DNA of 35,985 nucleotides from Acidimicrobiales bacterium (GTDB lineage: Bacteria > Actinomycetota > Acidimicrobiia > Acidimicrobiales > JAJPHE01). Location: positions 1 through 35,985 of the forward strand of contig DASUHN010000226.1 in assembly GCA_036273495.1 (NCBI GenBank), given 5' to 3'. Position 1 is the stretch's first letter. Each line of letters starts with the position of its first letter. A program made the translations under genes and the position numbers. Below the pieces are notes generated by a model that did no database searches, was not told the DNA's origin, and worked only from the letters and a program-made list of their open reading frames with translations. This document shows, in pieces, positions 7,017 to 16,490 of this stretch.

Positions 7017-8826
7017 GGCCCAGCGGGAAGTTCCCGAGGAATCCCCCGGTGCCGGGATCGATCTCCTCGGCCAGCAGGCCGACGTCGTTGGGTAGGCCGA
7101 CGAGCTCGTCCATGAGCGCCACCGCCTCGTCCCTTCGGCCGGCGTACACCAGGGCCTCGACCATCCAGAACGAGCAGGCCACGAACGTCCCCTCGATCCC
7201 CTCCATCCCGCTGTAGCGGTAGACGAGCGGTCCCCGGGCCAGCTCCTCCCGCACGGCGTCGATGGTCGACGACAGCTGCGGCCCCCGGTCGAACCCGATG
7301 CGGCCGGCCCGGAGCACGGCGGCGTCCAGGAGGTCGGTGTCGGCGTAGAAGGTGTAGGCCTGCCTGGCCTCGGACCAGCAGCGCTCCCGGATCCAGTCGG
7401 CGACGACATCCCGCTCGTAGGCCCAACGGTCCCGGTTGCGGGAGTGGATCCGGCCGGCGTCGGCCAACCGGGTGGAGCGCTCGAGGGCCAACCAGCACGC
7501 CAGCTTCGACGACGTGTAGTGGCGCTGCTCGTCCAGCTCCCAGATCCCGCTGTCGGTCTGGAGCCAGGTGTCGCACACCCGGTCGGCGAACGCCGCGACC
7601 GTCTCCGCCGTGGACTCGTCGAGGACGTTGCCCCGCTCGCTGTACAGCCACACGGCGTCGATGAGGTCTCCGAACGTCCCCAGCTGGGACTGGCGGGCGG
7701 CCTCGTTCCCGGAGCGGACCGGCCGGCTGTCGCGATAGCCCCGCAAGGGGACGTCGGCCTCGTCCTCGGCCAGGCGGCCGTCCAGCGAGTAGAAGACGTG
7801 CAGATCCGGGACGGTGCGCCGGACGGTCGAGAGCAGCCAGGAGAGCGACCGGTGGGAGTCCTCGCGGGCGCCGAGGTAGATCAGGGCCTGGATCACGAAC
7901 GACATGTCCCGCACCCACGCGAACCGGTAGTCGTAGTTCCGGGTGTGTCCTACCGCCTCGGGCAGGGAGGTGGTCGGAGCGGCGGCGATGGCGCCGGTGT
8001 CTGAGTAGATCAGCAGCTTGAGGGCCCGGGCGCTGTCGAGCACGTGGTCCCGCCACGGCTCCTGGGCCTGCACGCGCGAGCTCCACGCGTCCCAGGCCCG
8101 GGTCGTCTGCTCGACGCGCGCGCACACCTCGTCCGGAGTGGGGACGAACAGCGGCTCACCGTCGGTGGACACGATGCCGAGGAGGTGGCGCGACCCTTCG
8201 TGGGCCTCGAACGAGCCGCGCACCACCCGACCGTCGATGACCGGCTTGCCCACCTCGTCGGCCACGACCCCGAGGTACTGGTCCTCGACCGTCACCAGCG
8301 GGACCCCATCGCGTTCGGTTGCCCAGGGCCGGGCCATGCCGAACCGGTCCCCGACCGCGACCTCCCACTCCATCTCCACCCGGCCCGACACTCCCTCGAC
8401 CAGGCGGGCCAGCTCGCTCCACGGGAGTTGGTGGCCGTCCATGAGATTGGCCGAGTCGGTGACCCGGACCTCCCCGTTCGGGGTGGTGAAGGTCGTCTGC
8501 AGGACCGCGCTCCGACCGACGTAGGACCGGCGGGCGCGAGCCGGGCCCCGCGGGCGCAGGCTGATGTGGCCTCCCGCGTCGGGGTCGAGGATGCGCGAGA
8601 ACGCCGGGGGGGCGTCCATGGTGGGCAGGGACCACCAGTCGACGGCCCCGTCCAGCGCCACGAGGGCCACGCTCCGCCCGTCTCCCACCGCGGCGTAGCA
8701 CTCGATCGGCGCAAAGCCGTCGGGGCGGAGGTCGTCGATGTCGCGTCCGGCATCCCGGGCGCCACCTGCGGCCTGCTCTGCGGACGGCACTGCCTCCAGG
8801 GACGGCATCGCCTCTAGGGACGGCAT
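6967..8826 (-). CDS. Glycoside hydrolase family 15 protein (glucoamylase/trehalase-like)
   Basis: Motifs NYDYRFAWVRDMSF, GIWELDEQRHYTSSKLACW and GGFLGNFPLGLSHLALV. ORF-track start 9006 trimmed to ATG 8826, which lies 5 nt past the upstream SDR stop; an alternative ATG is at 8808. The 3' end overlaps nrfD by 50 nt. Confidence 0.85.
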   Translation of the reverse strand: MPSLEAMPSLEAVPSAEQAAGGARDAGRDIDDLRPDGFAPIECYAAVGDGRSVALVALDGAVDWWSLPTMDAPPAFSRILDPDAGGHISLRPRGPARARRSYVGRSAVLQTTFTTPNGEVRVTDSANLMDGHQLPWSELARLVEGVSGRVEMEWEVAVGDRFGMARPWATERDGVPLVTVEDQYLGVVADEVGKPVIDGRVVRGSFEAHEGSRHLLGIVSTDGEPLFVPTPDEVCARVEQTTRAWDAWSSRVQAQEPWRDHVLDSARALKLLIYSDTGAIAAAPTTSLPEAVGHTRNYDYRFAWVRDMSFVIQALIYLGAREDSHRSLSWLLSTVRRTVPDLHVFYSLDGRLAEDEADVPLRGYRDSRPVRSGNEAARQSQLGTFGDLIDAVWLYSERGNVLDESTAETVAAFADRVCDTWLQTDSGIWELDEQRHYTSSKLACWLALERSTRLADAGRIHSRNRDRWAYERDVVADWIRERCWSEARQAYTFYADTDLLDAAVLRAGRIGFDRGPQLSSTIDAVREELARGPLVYRYSGMEGIEGTFVACSFWMVEALVYAGRRDEAVALMDELVGLPNDVGLLAEEIDPGTGGFLGNFPLGLSHLALVGAADALAEG

Positions 8827-8841
8827 CGCCTCTAGGGACGG
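8781..8841. repeat. 18-bp tandem repeat (about 3.4 units, two of them identical) spanning the SDR stop and GH15 start junction
   Basis: Units are 8781-8798 (14/18 match), then 8799-8816 and 8817-8834 (both GGGACGGCATCGCCTCTA), then a partial 8835-8841. On the minus strand this encodes MPSLEA-MPSLEA-VPSAEQ and duplicates the TAG/ATG junction. Confidence 0.85.
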
Positions 8842-9836
8842 CGCCGGCGGGCCGCCTTCTCCCTGGCCGTGCGGGCCAGGGCGATCCCGAACTTCCGTCC
8901 CGTGTCGGGCAGGGTCCGCAGGAAGCTGGGATCGCGGAACCCGGACGCCTGGTCGTCGAAGATCCCGTGGGCCCCCTCGTCCCCCGAGTCGTCCCCGGCA
9001 TCCCACAGGTTCCCGCGCCGGCCGGGGTCAACCGGAAGATCGGTCAACTGGGCGTCCCACGCCCCGATGGCGGCGAACTGGTTCCCGACCCCGGGCATCA
9101 CCTTGGACGCCCCCACCAGCAGCTTGTTCCAGGACCCCACGATCTTGGCCCGCCGGCCGTCGAGGGCGGCCTCGACGATGAACTTGGCCGGCACCTCGGG
9201 TTGGTAGATCGGCGGCACGGGCTGGGGGTGGCGGTCGAAGACCGAGCGGCACCAGTTGAACTGCGGGGTGTTGACGGCAGGCAGGTGCACCATCGACATC
9301 CGCACGTTGCTGCCGCGGTGGATGAGCTCGGCGCGCACCGACTCGGAGAACCCCCGGCAGGCGAACTTGGACGCGCAGTAGGCCGACTGCAGGGGGATCC
9401 CCATGAACGCCAGGGCCGACCCGACGTTGACGATGGTCCCCCGGTCGCGGGGCACCATGCGCTGCAGGGCGGCGCGGGTCCCCCAGACCTGGCCGAGGAA
9501 GGTCACCTCGACCGCCCGCTTGAACTCGTCCGGGTCCACCTCCCAGAACGGGGCGAACTTCGTCGTCATGGCGTCGTTCACCCACACCTCCACCGGCCCG
9601 AGCTGCTCCTCGGCCAACTCGGCCGCCCGGTCCACCTGCTCGTGGTCGGCGACATCGGTGGGCACGACCAGAGCCCGGCCCCCGGCGCTCTCGACGTCCT
9701 TGGCCGCCGCCTCCAGTCCGGCCCGGCCCCGCGCCAGCAGGGCCACGTCGAAGCCCCCCTCCGCCAGGGCCACTGCGGTGGCCCGTCCGACCCCCGCGCT
9801 CGCACCCGTGACCACCGCTACCCCACGTCCCGCCAT
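8832..9836 (-). CDS. SDR-family oxidoreductase with a ~80-aa C-terminal extension
   Basis: VVTGASAGVGRATA (TGxxxGxG) and SAYCASKFACRG (YxxxK). 334 aa. A strong GAGGAGAGG RBS lies just upstream of ATG 9836. Confidence 0.85.
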   Translation of the reverse strand: MAGRGVAVVTGASAGVGRATAVALAEGGFDVALLARGRAGLEAAAKDVESAGGRALVVPTDVADHEQVDRAAELAEEQLGPVEVWVNDAMTTKFAPFWEVDPDEFKRAVEVTFLGQVWGTRAALQRMVPRDRGTIVNVGSALAFMGIPLQSAYCASKFACRGFSESVRAELIHRGSNVRMSMVHLPAVNTPQFNWCRSVFDRHPQPVPPIYQPEVPAKFIVEAALDGRRAKIVGSWNKLLVGASKVMPGVGNQFAAIGAWDAQLTDLPVDPGRRGNLWDAGDDSGDEGAHGIFDDQASGFRDPSFLRTLPDTGRKFGIALARTAREKAARRRRP

Positions 9837-9854
9837 GACCTCTCCTCTATTCCT

Positions 9855-10451
9855 CTATCCCGTGATCAGGCGGCGCCCGTAGTCCCGGACCCGGTCCACG
9901 ACCGCCAGCACCGGAGCGGCGACCACGAGGCCGCCGAGCCGGTCCGGGCCGTGCGGGTGGGGACGGGTCGGCGCCGTGGCCTTGGCCTGGTCGAACAGGG
10001 TGGCCAGGAGCCGCAGCTTGGTGTCCCCCTCCGCTCCGGTGAGGAGCGGCAGGACCTCGGCCTCCTCGGCCGCGGCGTGGGCCCGGACGAGGGAGTGCAG
10101 CCGCTCGAGGTTGCGCCGGAAGCGGCGGCTGGCGGGGTTCAGCAGCTCCTGACGCAGCATGCGGGCCAGGAGGCGCTTGGCCTGCCGCTCCTCCTCGAGG
10201 CGCCGGTTGCGCACCTCGACCGCCTCCGTCCCCAGCCCGCGGAGGTGGGGGTAGACGACCTCCTCCTCGGCCGCCTCGTGCACCGACAGCTGCCGGACCA
10301 CGGCGCGGAACAGCTCACGGCGTTCGGCGGCGTCCCTCACCCCGACGAGGTGGGCCAGAGCGTCCGAGACCTGCGCGTGGTCCTCGCGGATCACCTCGAC
10401 CAGGTCGGGTCCGTACGGCTCGCGTTGCAGCACCTCTTCGGGGACGGTCAT
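9855..10451 (-). CDS. Hemerythrin HHE cation-binding domain protein
   Basis: ORF-track start 10862 trimmed to ATG 10451 (MTVPEEVLQ..). Paired H/E motifs are present: IREDHAQV, SVHEAAEEEVVYPHL and RAHAAAEEAEVLPLL. 198 aa. Confidence 0.7.
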   Translation of the reverse strand: MTVPEEVLQREPYGPDLVEVIREDHAQVSDALAHLVGVRDAAERRELFRAVVRQLSVHEAAEEEVVYPHLRGLGTEAVEVRNRRLEEERQAKRLLARMLRQELLNPASRRFRRNLERLHSLVRAHAAAEEAEVLPLLTGAEGDTKLRLLATLFDQAKATAPTRPHPHGPDRLGGLVVAAPVLAVVDRVRDYGRRLITG

Positions 10452-10554
10452 GACTGCGTGTCCTCTACCCGGATCCCGGGCCGGAAATGCTTCCGGGGCG
10501 GAGGTGGCCGGACCTCCGGCGGGGGCGGGCCACGGCGTCGGGTACGGTCGGCCG

Positions 10555-12171
10555 GTGAGCGCGACCGAGGCCACCGACCTCGACATCGGCGCCTTCACGG
10601 CGGAAGGCCCCTGGGTCGTCGATCCGGCGGCCATGTCGTGGCGGCGGGGCATCGACCAGCTGCGGGAGCGGACCCGCCGGGAGGTCCCCCGTCTGGTCCG
10701 CCGGCGCCGGCTGCCCCCGGGCGGCCGGGTGGTGACGGTCGGGACCAGCCTGGGATGGGCTCTCGGGAACTGGTATCTCCTCGACCGGAGGAAGGGGCAG
10801 GTCCCGTCGCGCCGGGGGGTGTCGCGCCGGCTGCGGGAGGCCTTCGTCCGGCTCGGGCCCACCTACATCAAGCTGGGCCAGATCCTCTCGTCGGGGGAGG
10901 GCATCTTCCCCGAGGAGCTGGTATCGGAGTTCAAGCTGCTACGCGACCGCGTCCCGGCCGAGCCGTTCGACGTCGTGCGCCGCATCGTCGAGGAGGACCT
11001 CGGCCGTCCCCTCGAGGCGGTGTTCTCCTCGTTCACGGAGAAGCCCATTGCCGCGGCGTCGATAGCCCAGGTGCACGCCGCCACCCTGCACCCCGACGTC
11101 ACGCCCGGGGGAGGCCGGGACATCGTCGTGAAGGTCCAGCGGCCGACGGTCGCGTCCCTGGTGCGCCGGGACCTGGCGGCGATGAGCTGGATTGCCCCCT
11201 CCCTCGTGGGCCGCATCCCGGTCACCGCGCTGGCCAACCCGCCGGCGCTGGTCGACCTGTTTGCCGAGACGATCGTCGAGGAGCTCGACTTCCGCCTCGA
11301 GGCCCAGAACATGCTCGACGTCGGGCGGATCCTGGCCGACACCGAGCAGCGCGCCCTGGTCGTCCCCCGGCCGCACCCCGACCTGGTCACCCGCCGGGTA
11401 CTCGTCATGGAGCGCCTCGACGGCTTCAGCTTCGACGACGTGGCGGGAATGAAGGCGGCGGGCATCGACACGTCCGCGGTCGTGCGCGCCGGCATGGTCG
11501 CGTTCCTGGAGGGCTCGATGCTGTTCGGCGTGTTCCACGGGGACCTCCACGGCGGGAACCTCTTCGTCCAACCGGACGGGCGGGTGGCGCTCCTCGACTA
11601 CGGGATCACCGGCCGCCTGGACGAGCCCCGCCGGCTGGCGTTCCTCCGCCTGGTGATGGGCGCCACGGGTAACGACATCAAGGGACAGATCGCCGCCCTG
11701 CGCGACATGGGCGCCCTCCCCCCCGACGTCGACGTCGACGCCGTGATCCGGGACCTCAACCTGGAAGGGCCGGTGAAGGACCCCACCCAGATGTCGGCCG
11801 AGGAGCTGACCGCCGAGATCCGCGAGCTGACCAAGTCGCTCCTGGCCTACGGGGCCCGCCTGCCGAAGGAGCTCATGCTGTTCATCAAGGACATGCTGTT
11901 CCTCGACAACGCCCTGGCGACGCTGGCCCCCGAGATCAACATCTTCGACGAGATCGGCCAGATAGCCGCCTACTTCGCCACCCGCCACGGAGAGCGCATA
12001 GCCGCCGACGTCGGGATCGATCCCCGCAGCGTCCCGCTCGACCTGTCGGGGGTGAAGGCGTCGTTCGGCCTGACGTCCGACGTCGACACCCTGACCTACC
12101 ACGACCTGCAGAAGCGCCGGGACGTCATCCGCAAGCGGATGGAGGACCACCACCGACCGCGGCGGCGCTGA
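10555..12171 (+). CDS. ABC1/UbiB-family atypical kinase
   Basis: Motifs LGPTYIKLGQILSS, AAASIAQVHAA, FHGDLHGGNLFV and LLDYGITG. The start is uncertain: I prefer GTG 10555, because ATG 10450 would overlap the divergent hemerythrin start. Confidence 0.85.
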   Translation: MSATEATDLDIGAFTAEGPWVVDPAAMSWRRGIDQLRERTRREVPRLVRRRRLPPGGRVVTVGTSLGWALGNWYLLDRRKGQVPSRRGVSRRLREAFVRLGPTYIKLGQILSSGEGIFPEELVSEFKLLRDRVPAEPFDVVRRIVEEDLGRPLEAVFSSFTEKPIAAASIAQVHAATLHPDVTPGGGRDIVVKVQRPTVASLVRRDLAAMSWIAPSLVGRIPVTALANPPALVDLFAETIVEELDFRLEAQNMLDVGRILADTEQRALVVPRPHPDLVTRRVLVMERLDGFSFDDVAGMKAAGIDTSAVVRAGMVAFLEGSMLFGVFHGDLHGGNLFVQPDGRVALLDYGITGRLDEPRRLAFLRLVMGATGNDIKGQIAALRDMGALPPDVDVDAVIRDLNLEGPVKDPTQMSAEELTAEIRELTKSLLAYGARLPKELMLFIKDMLFLDNALATLAPEINIFDEIGQIAAYFATRHGERIAADVGIDPRSVPLDLSGVKASFGLTSDVDTLTYHDLQKRRDVIRKRMEDHHRPRRR

Positions 12172-12188
12172 GCCCTGGCGTAGGGTGA

Positions 12189-14561
12189 ATGGCCTTGGCC
12201 AGCAGCCCGGTCGCCGATCGCGCCGGCGCCGCCCTGGGGCGCCATCCACGAGACCTGGCCCGCGTGCTCGGCGCGGCGGCCATCGTCACCGTCGCCTTCC
12301 TGGTGGCCCGGACCCACCGGGTCGACCCCCTCGAGGCCGCCCTCTACCGCGACGCCCAGAACCTGCCGGCCTGGCTGGCCCCGATCTCACGGACGGTGTC
12401 GGTCGGCGGCTCGGTCCTCAGCATCGCCGTGGTGGCGGGCATCGCCTTCCTGGCCCACCAGATCCGGGGCGCCCTCAAGCTGGTGGCGGCGGGCACGGCG
12501 GGCTGGGTGGCGGGCGACCTGCTCACGGTCTTCGCCCCCACCCGGGTGGTCACCGTGGCCAACGTGACCGTGCAGCACGGCTTCCGCCACTCGGTGGTGC
12601 TGCACACCACCTTCCCGGCCGACCACATGGCGGTGGCCGGGGCCCTGGCGACCGTGGTGACGCCCTACCTCCCCCGCATCCTGCGCTTCGTGCCCGCCGT
12701 GCTCCTGGCCCTCGTGGCCGTGTCCCAGACCTACACCGGCCATCACCTGGCCCTGGACGTGGCGACGGGGGCGTTCATCGGCTTCGGGATCGGCAGCTTC
12801 TTCCATCTGGTGTGGGGGGCGCCGGGCCGGGCGTCGTCGACGACCGCCGTCGAGGCGGCCCTCCGGACCGGCGGGTTCGAGCCGGCCGAGCTCCGCCCGG
12901 TGATCGGCGGGCTGTTCGGCCCGCGCATCTTCGAGGGCTGCACGTGCTCGGGCACCCCGCTGCTCGTCGAGGTGGTGCGCCGGGGCCAGCGCCGGGCGGG
13001 GTGGACCTACCGGCTGCGCCGGCTGCTCGCGTCCCTGGAGGTGGAGGACGAGCCCCGCCTGTCGTCACCCAGCCACGAGGTCGAGCACGAGGCCTACGCC
13101 AGCCTGTTGGCCGAGCGCTCGGGGGTCCGCACCCCGCCGGTGCTGATGACCACCGAGCTGGGCCACGGTCCCGCCCTTCTCGTCAGGGAGAAGGTGAAGG
13201 GCCGCCGCCTCCCGCAGCTGGCCCCGCACGAGCTCGACGACGGGCTGCTCGACGAGATCTGGCACCAGGTCCTCATGCTGGGGGACGCCCGCATAGCCCA
13301 TCACGAGCTGACCGCCAACAACGTCCTCGTCGACGACAAGAACGACCCGTGGATCCTCGACTTCACCTTCTCGCGCACCGGCGCCACCGAGACCCGCCTG
13401 GCCCAGGACGTGGCCGAGATGCTGATCTCCCTCACGTCGGTGGTCGGGGTGCAGCGGGCGGTCGACTCCGCCTTCCGCACGCTCACCGCCGACCGGGTGC
13501 GCCCCGCCGTCACCTACCTCCAGCCCCTGGCCGTGCCGGCGCGCATACGCGACCAGATCGGCGGTCAGCGCTGGCTGCTGGCCGACCTGTCCAACGAGGT
13601 GGCGGGGCGGCTGGGCCAGCAGCGCCCCTCGTTCCGGCCGCGCATCCGCGCCACCACCATCCTCACCCTCGTGGTCGGCGGGGGGGCGGTCTACCTCCTC
13701 CTCCCCCAGCTCGGGACCCTCCCCCGCCTGCTCACCGCCCTGCGCCAGGCGGACTACTGGTGGCTGGTGGTGGCCTTCGCCGCCAGCGCCCTCACCTTCC
13801 CGGCCTCGGCGGCGTCGTACATCGGCTCGGTCCCGCGCCACCTGCCCTGGGGCCGCACCACCCTCGTGCAGGTGGCCTCGGCGTTCACCAGCCGCCTCAC
13901 GCCCGGTGGCGTCGGGGGCATGGGCCTCAACCTGATCTTCCTCGAGAGCGAGGGATCGGCCCGCGCCGAGGCGGTCGGCTCGATCGCCCTCAACCAGGCG
14001 GCGAGCGTCGTGGTCCACGCCGCCCTGTTCTTCATCGCCGTCGGCGTGCTCGGCCTGTCCGGGGTCGTCGGCCGCCATCCCCTCCCCACGGGCTGGCCCG
14101 TGCTGGTGGTGGTGGCCGGCGTGCTGGTGGCCGCCGGGGCCCTCCTCGGCTCCCCCTTCGGGCGCCGGCGGGTGCTGGCCCCCAGCGTCAGGGTGGGGCG
14201 GGAGCTCGCCCGCGCCCTGCGCTCCCCCCGCCAGGCCCTCGGCCTGTTCGGGGGGGCGGCCGGCGTCACCCTGGGCAATGCCGTGGCCCTGGTCACCTGC
14301 CTGGCCGCCTTCGACCCGCACTTCCCCGTGCTCTCGGCCCTGGCGGTCTACGTCGGCGGCTCGGCCATCGCCTCCCCCGCTCCCACCCCCGGCAAGCTGG
14401 GGGCGGTCGAGGCGGCCCTGGTGGCGGGCCTGACCGGGATCGGGGTGCACTCGGAGCCGGCGGTGGCGGCGGTGCTCACCTTCCGGCTGATCAGCTTCTG
14501 GATCCCGATCGTCCCCGGTCTGGCCGTGTTCCGCTACCTGCAGCACCGGCGTATCGTCTGA
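12189..14561 (+). CDS. Tri-domain membrane protein: N-terminal PAP2-like phosphatase region, central kinase-like domain, C-terminal LPG-synthase-TM / flippase-like (MprF N-terminal type, UPF0104) domain
   Basis: PAP2-like C2/C3 remnants are FPADH and SQTYTGHHLALD. The kinase-like catalytic loop is IAHHELTANNVLV, followed by ILDFTFS. The C-terminal ~300 aa are polytopic, with RLTPGGVGGMGLN and PTPGKLGAVEAALVAGL as seen in flippase-like domains. 790 aa. Confidence 0.65.
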   Translation: MALASSPVADRAGAALGRHPRDLARVLGAAAIVTVAFLVARTHRVDPLEAALYRDAQNLPAWLAPISRTVSVGGSVLSIAVVAGIAFLAHQIRGALKLVAAGTAGWVAGDLLTVFAPTRVVTVANVTVQHGFRHSVVLHTTFPADHMAVAGALATVVTPYLPRILRFVPAVLLALVAVSQTYTGHHLALDVATGAFIGFGIGSFFHLVWGAPGRASSTTAVEAALRTGGFEPAELRPVIGGLFGPRIFEGCTCSGTPLLVEVVRRGQRRAGWTYRLRRLLASLEVEDEPRLSSPSHEVEHEAYASLLAERSGVRTPPVLMTTELGHGPALLVREKVKGRRLPQLAPHELDDGLLDEIWHQVLMLGDARIAHHELTANNVLVDDKNDPWILDFTFSRTGATETRLAQDVAEMLISLTSVVGVQRAVDSAFRTLTADRVRPAVTYLQPLAVPARIRDQIGGQRWLLADLSNEVAGRLGQQRPSFRPRIRATTILTLVVGGGAVYLLLPQLGTLPRLLTALRQADYWWLVVAFAASALTFPASAASYIGSVPRHLPWGRTTLVQVASAFTSRLTPGGVGGMGLNLIFLESEGSARAEAVGSIALNQAASVVVHAALFFIAVGVLGLSGVVGRHPLPTGWPVLVVVAGVLVAAGALLGSPFGRRRVLAPSVRVGRELARALRSPRQALGLFGGAAGVTLGNAVALVTCLAAFDPHFPVLSALAVYVGGSAIASPAPTPGKLGAVEAALVAGLTGIGVHSEPAVAAVLTFRLISFWIPIVPGLAVFRYLQHRRIV

Positions 14562-14619
14562 TCCCGGAGGCGGCCCGGGCCGTCGTCTGCCCGCAAGGGA
14601 TGACGGGTAGGGTCCGCGG

Positions 14620-16461
14620 GTGAACGATCTCGACTTCTGCCGGGAGCTGGGCCAGCAGCTGCGGGTGGACTCGGTGCGGTGCAGCGCCGCCGCCGACTCG
14701 GGCCATCCGACGTCGTCGATGTCGGCGGCCGACCTGATGGCCGTGCTCATGGCCCGCCACCTCCACTACGACTTCTCGGAGCCGGGGAACCCGGGCAACG
14801 ACCACCTGATCTTCTCCAAGGGCCACGCCTCCCCGCTGCTGTACTCGATGTACAAGGCGGCCGGCGCCATCAGCGACGACGAGCTGCTCACCTTCCGCAA
14901 GTTCGGCAGCCGCATCGAGGGTCATCCGACCCCGGACCTGCCCTGGGTGGACGTGGCCACCGGCTCGCTGGGGTTCGGGCTCCCCGTCGGCGTCGGCGTG
15001 GCCCTCGCCGGCCAGCGGCTCGACCGCCTCGACTACCGGGTGTGGATCCTCTGCGGTGACAGCGAGATGGCCGAGGGCTCGTGCTGGGAGGCGTTCGAGC
15101 ACGCCGCCTACGAGGGTCTCGACAACCTCACCGTCGTCATCGATGTCAACCGCCTCGGCCAGCGGGGCGAGACCATGCACGGCTGGGACCTGACCTCGTA
15201 CGCGGCGCGCGCCGAGGCGTTCGGCTGGCGCGCCATCGAGATCAACGGCCACGACGTGGACGAGGTGGACCGGGCCTATTCCGAGGCCGTGGCGACCAAG
15301 GGCCGCCCCACCGTGATCGTGGCCCGCACCCACAAGGGCCGGGGCGTCAAGGCGGTCGAGGACCAGGAAGGGGCGCACGGCAAGCCCCTCGACGACCCGA
15401 CGGAGGCCATCGCCGAGCTGGGTGGGGAGCGCCACCTGAGCGTGCAGGTGGCGGTGCCGGAGGCCAACGGCAAGCCCCACCAGTTCGCGACCGGGTCGGC
15501 GGCGCTGCCCCGCTGGGAGCTCGGCGAGTCCGTCGCCACCCGCCGCGCCTACGGGGATGCCCTGGCGGCGGTGGGAACCGGGCGCGGCGACGTCGTCGCC
15601 CTGGACGGGGAGGTAAGCAACTCCACCCACGCCGACATCTTCAAGAAGGCCCACCCCGACCGCTTCTTCGAGATGTTCATCGCCGAGCAGCAGATGGCCG
15701 CCGCCGCCGTTGGCATGCAGGTGCGGGGCTGGACGCCGTACGCGTCGACCTTTGCCGCCTTCCTGAGCCGCGCCTACGACTTCGTGCGCATGGGCGCGGT
15801 GAGCCAGGCGTCGGTCCGCTTCTGCGGGTCCCACGCCGGGGTGTCGATCGGCCAGGACGGTCCCTCGCAGATGGGCCTGGAGGACCTCGCCTCCTTCCGG
15901 GCCGTGCATGGCAGCACCGTGCTGTACCCGTGCGACGCCAACCAGACCGCCGCCCTCGTGGCCGCCATGGCCGACCTCGTCGGGATCAGCTACCTGCGCA
16001 CGACCCGCGGCAACACGCCGGTCATCTACGGACCGGACGAGGAGTTCCCCGTCGGCGGGCTCAAGGTGGTGCGCTCGTCGGCCACCGATGCGGTGACCGT
16101 CGTCGGCGCCGGCATCACGCTCCACGAGGCCCTGGCCGCCGCCGACACCCTCGAGGGCGAAGGTATCCGGGTGCGCGTCATCGATCTCTACTCCCTGAAG
16201 CCCGTCGACGGCCCGGCTCTGCTGGAGGCGGTGACGGCGACCGGGGGGCGGGTGGTCACCGTCGAGGACCACTGGCCCGAGGGAGGCGTCGGCGACACAG
16301 TGCTGACGGCGCTGGCGGCGGCGAGGGTGGCCCTGCGGGCCGAGAAGCTGGCGGTGGGCGCCATGCCGGGCTCGGGAACCCCGGAGGAGCTGATCGGTGC
16401 GGCCGGGATCGACGCCGCCCATATCGCCGCCGCCTGCCGCCGCCTGGCCGGCGCCGGCTGA
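14620..16461 (+). CDS. tkt: Transketolase (613-aa form)
   Basis: GTG start. SGHPTSSMSAADLMAVL, GDSEMAEGSCWEA (ThDP/Mg motif), FIAEQQM (pyrimidine-binding Glu), and a C-terminal domain ending RVIDLYSLKP. Confidence 0.85.
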   Translation: MNDLDFCRELGQQLRVDSVRCSAAADSGHPTSSMSAADLMAVLMARHLHYDFSEPGNPGNDHLIFSKGHASPLLYSMYKAAGAISDDELLTFRKFGSRIEGHPTPDLPWVDVATGSLGFGLPVGVGVALAGQRLDRLDYRVWILCGDSEMAEGSCWEAFEHAAYEGLDNLTVVIDVNRLGQRGETMHGWDLTSYAARAEAFGWRAIEINGHDVDEVDRAYSEAVATKGRPTVIVARTHKGRGVKAVEDQEGAHGKPLDDPTEAIAELGGERHLSVQVAVPEANGKPHQFATGSAALPRWELGESVATRRAYGDALAAVGTGRGDVVALDGEVSNSTHADIFKKAHPDRFFEMFIAEQQMAAAAVGMQVRGWTPYASTFAAFLSRAYDFVRMGAVSQASVRFCGSHAGVSIGQDGPSQMGLEDLASFRAVHGSTVLYPCDANQTAALVAAMADLVGISYLRTTRGNTPVIYGPDEEFPVGGLKVVRSSATDAVTVVGAGITLHEALAAADTLEGEGIRVRVIDLYSLKPVDGPALLEAVTATGGRVVTVEDHWPEGGVGDTVLTALAAARVALRAEKLAVGAMPGSGTPEELIGAAGIDAAHIAAACRRLAGAG

Positions 16462-16490
16462 CCCACCTTCTCAGCCCGGACCGAGCGCCC

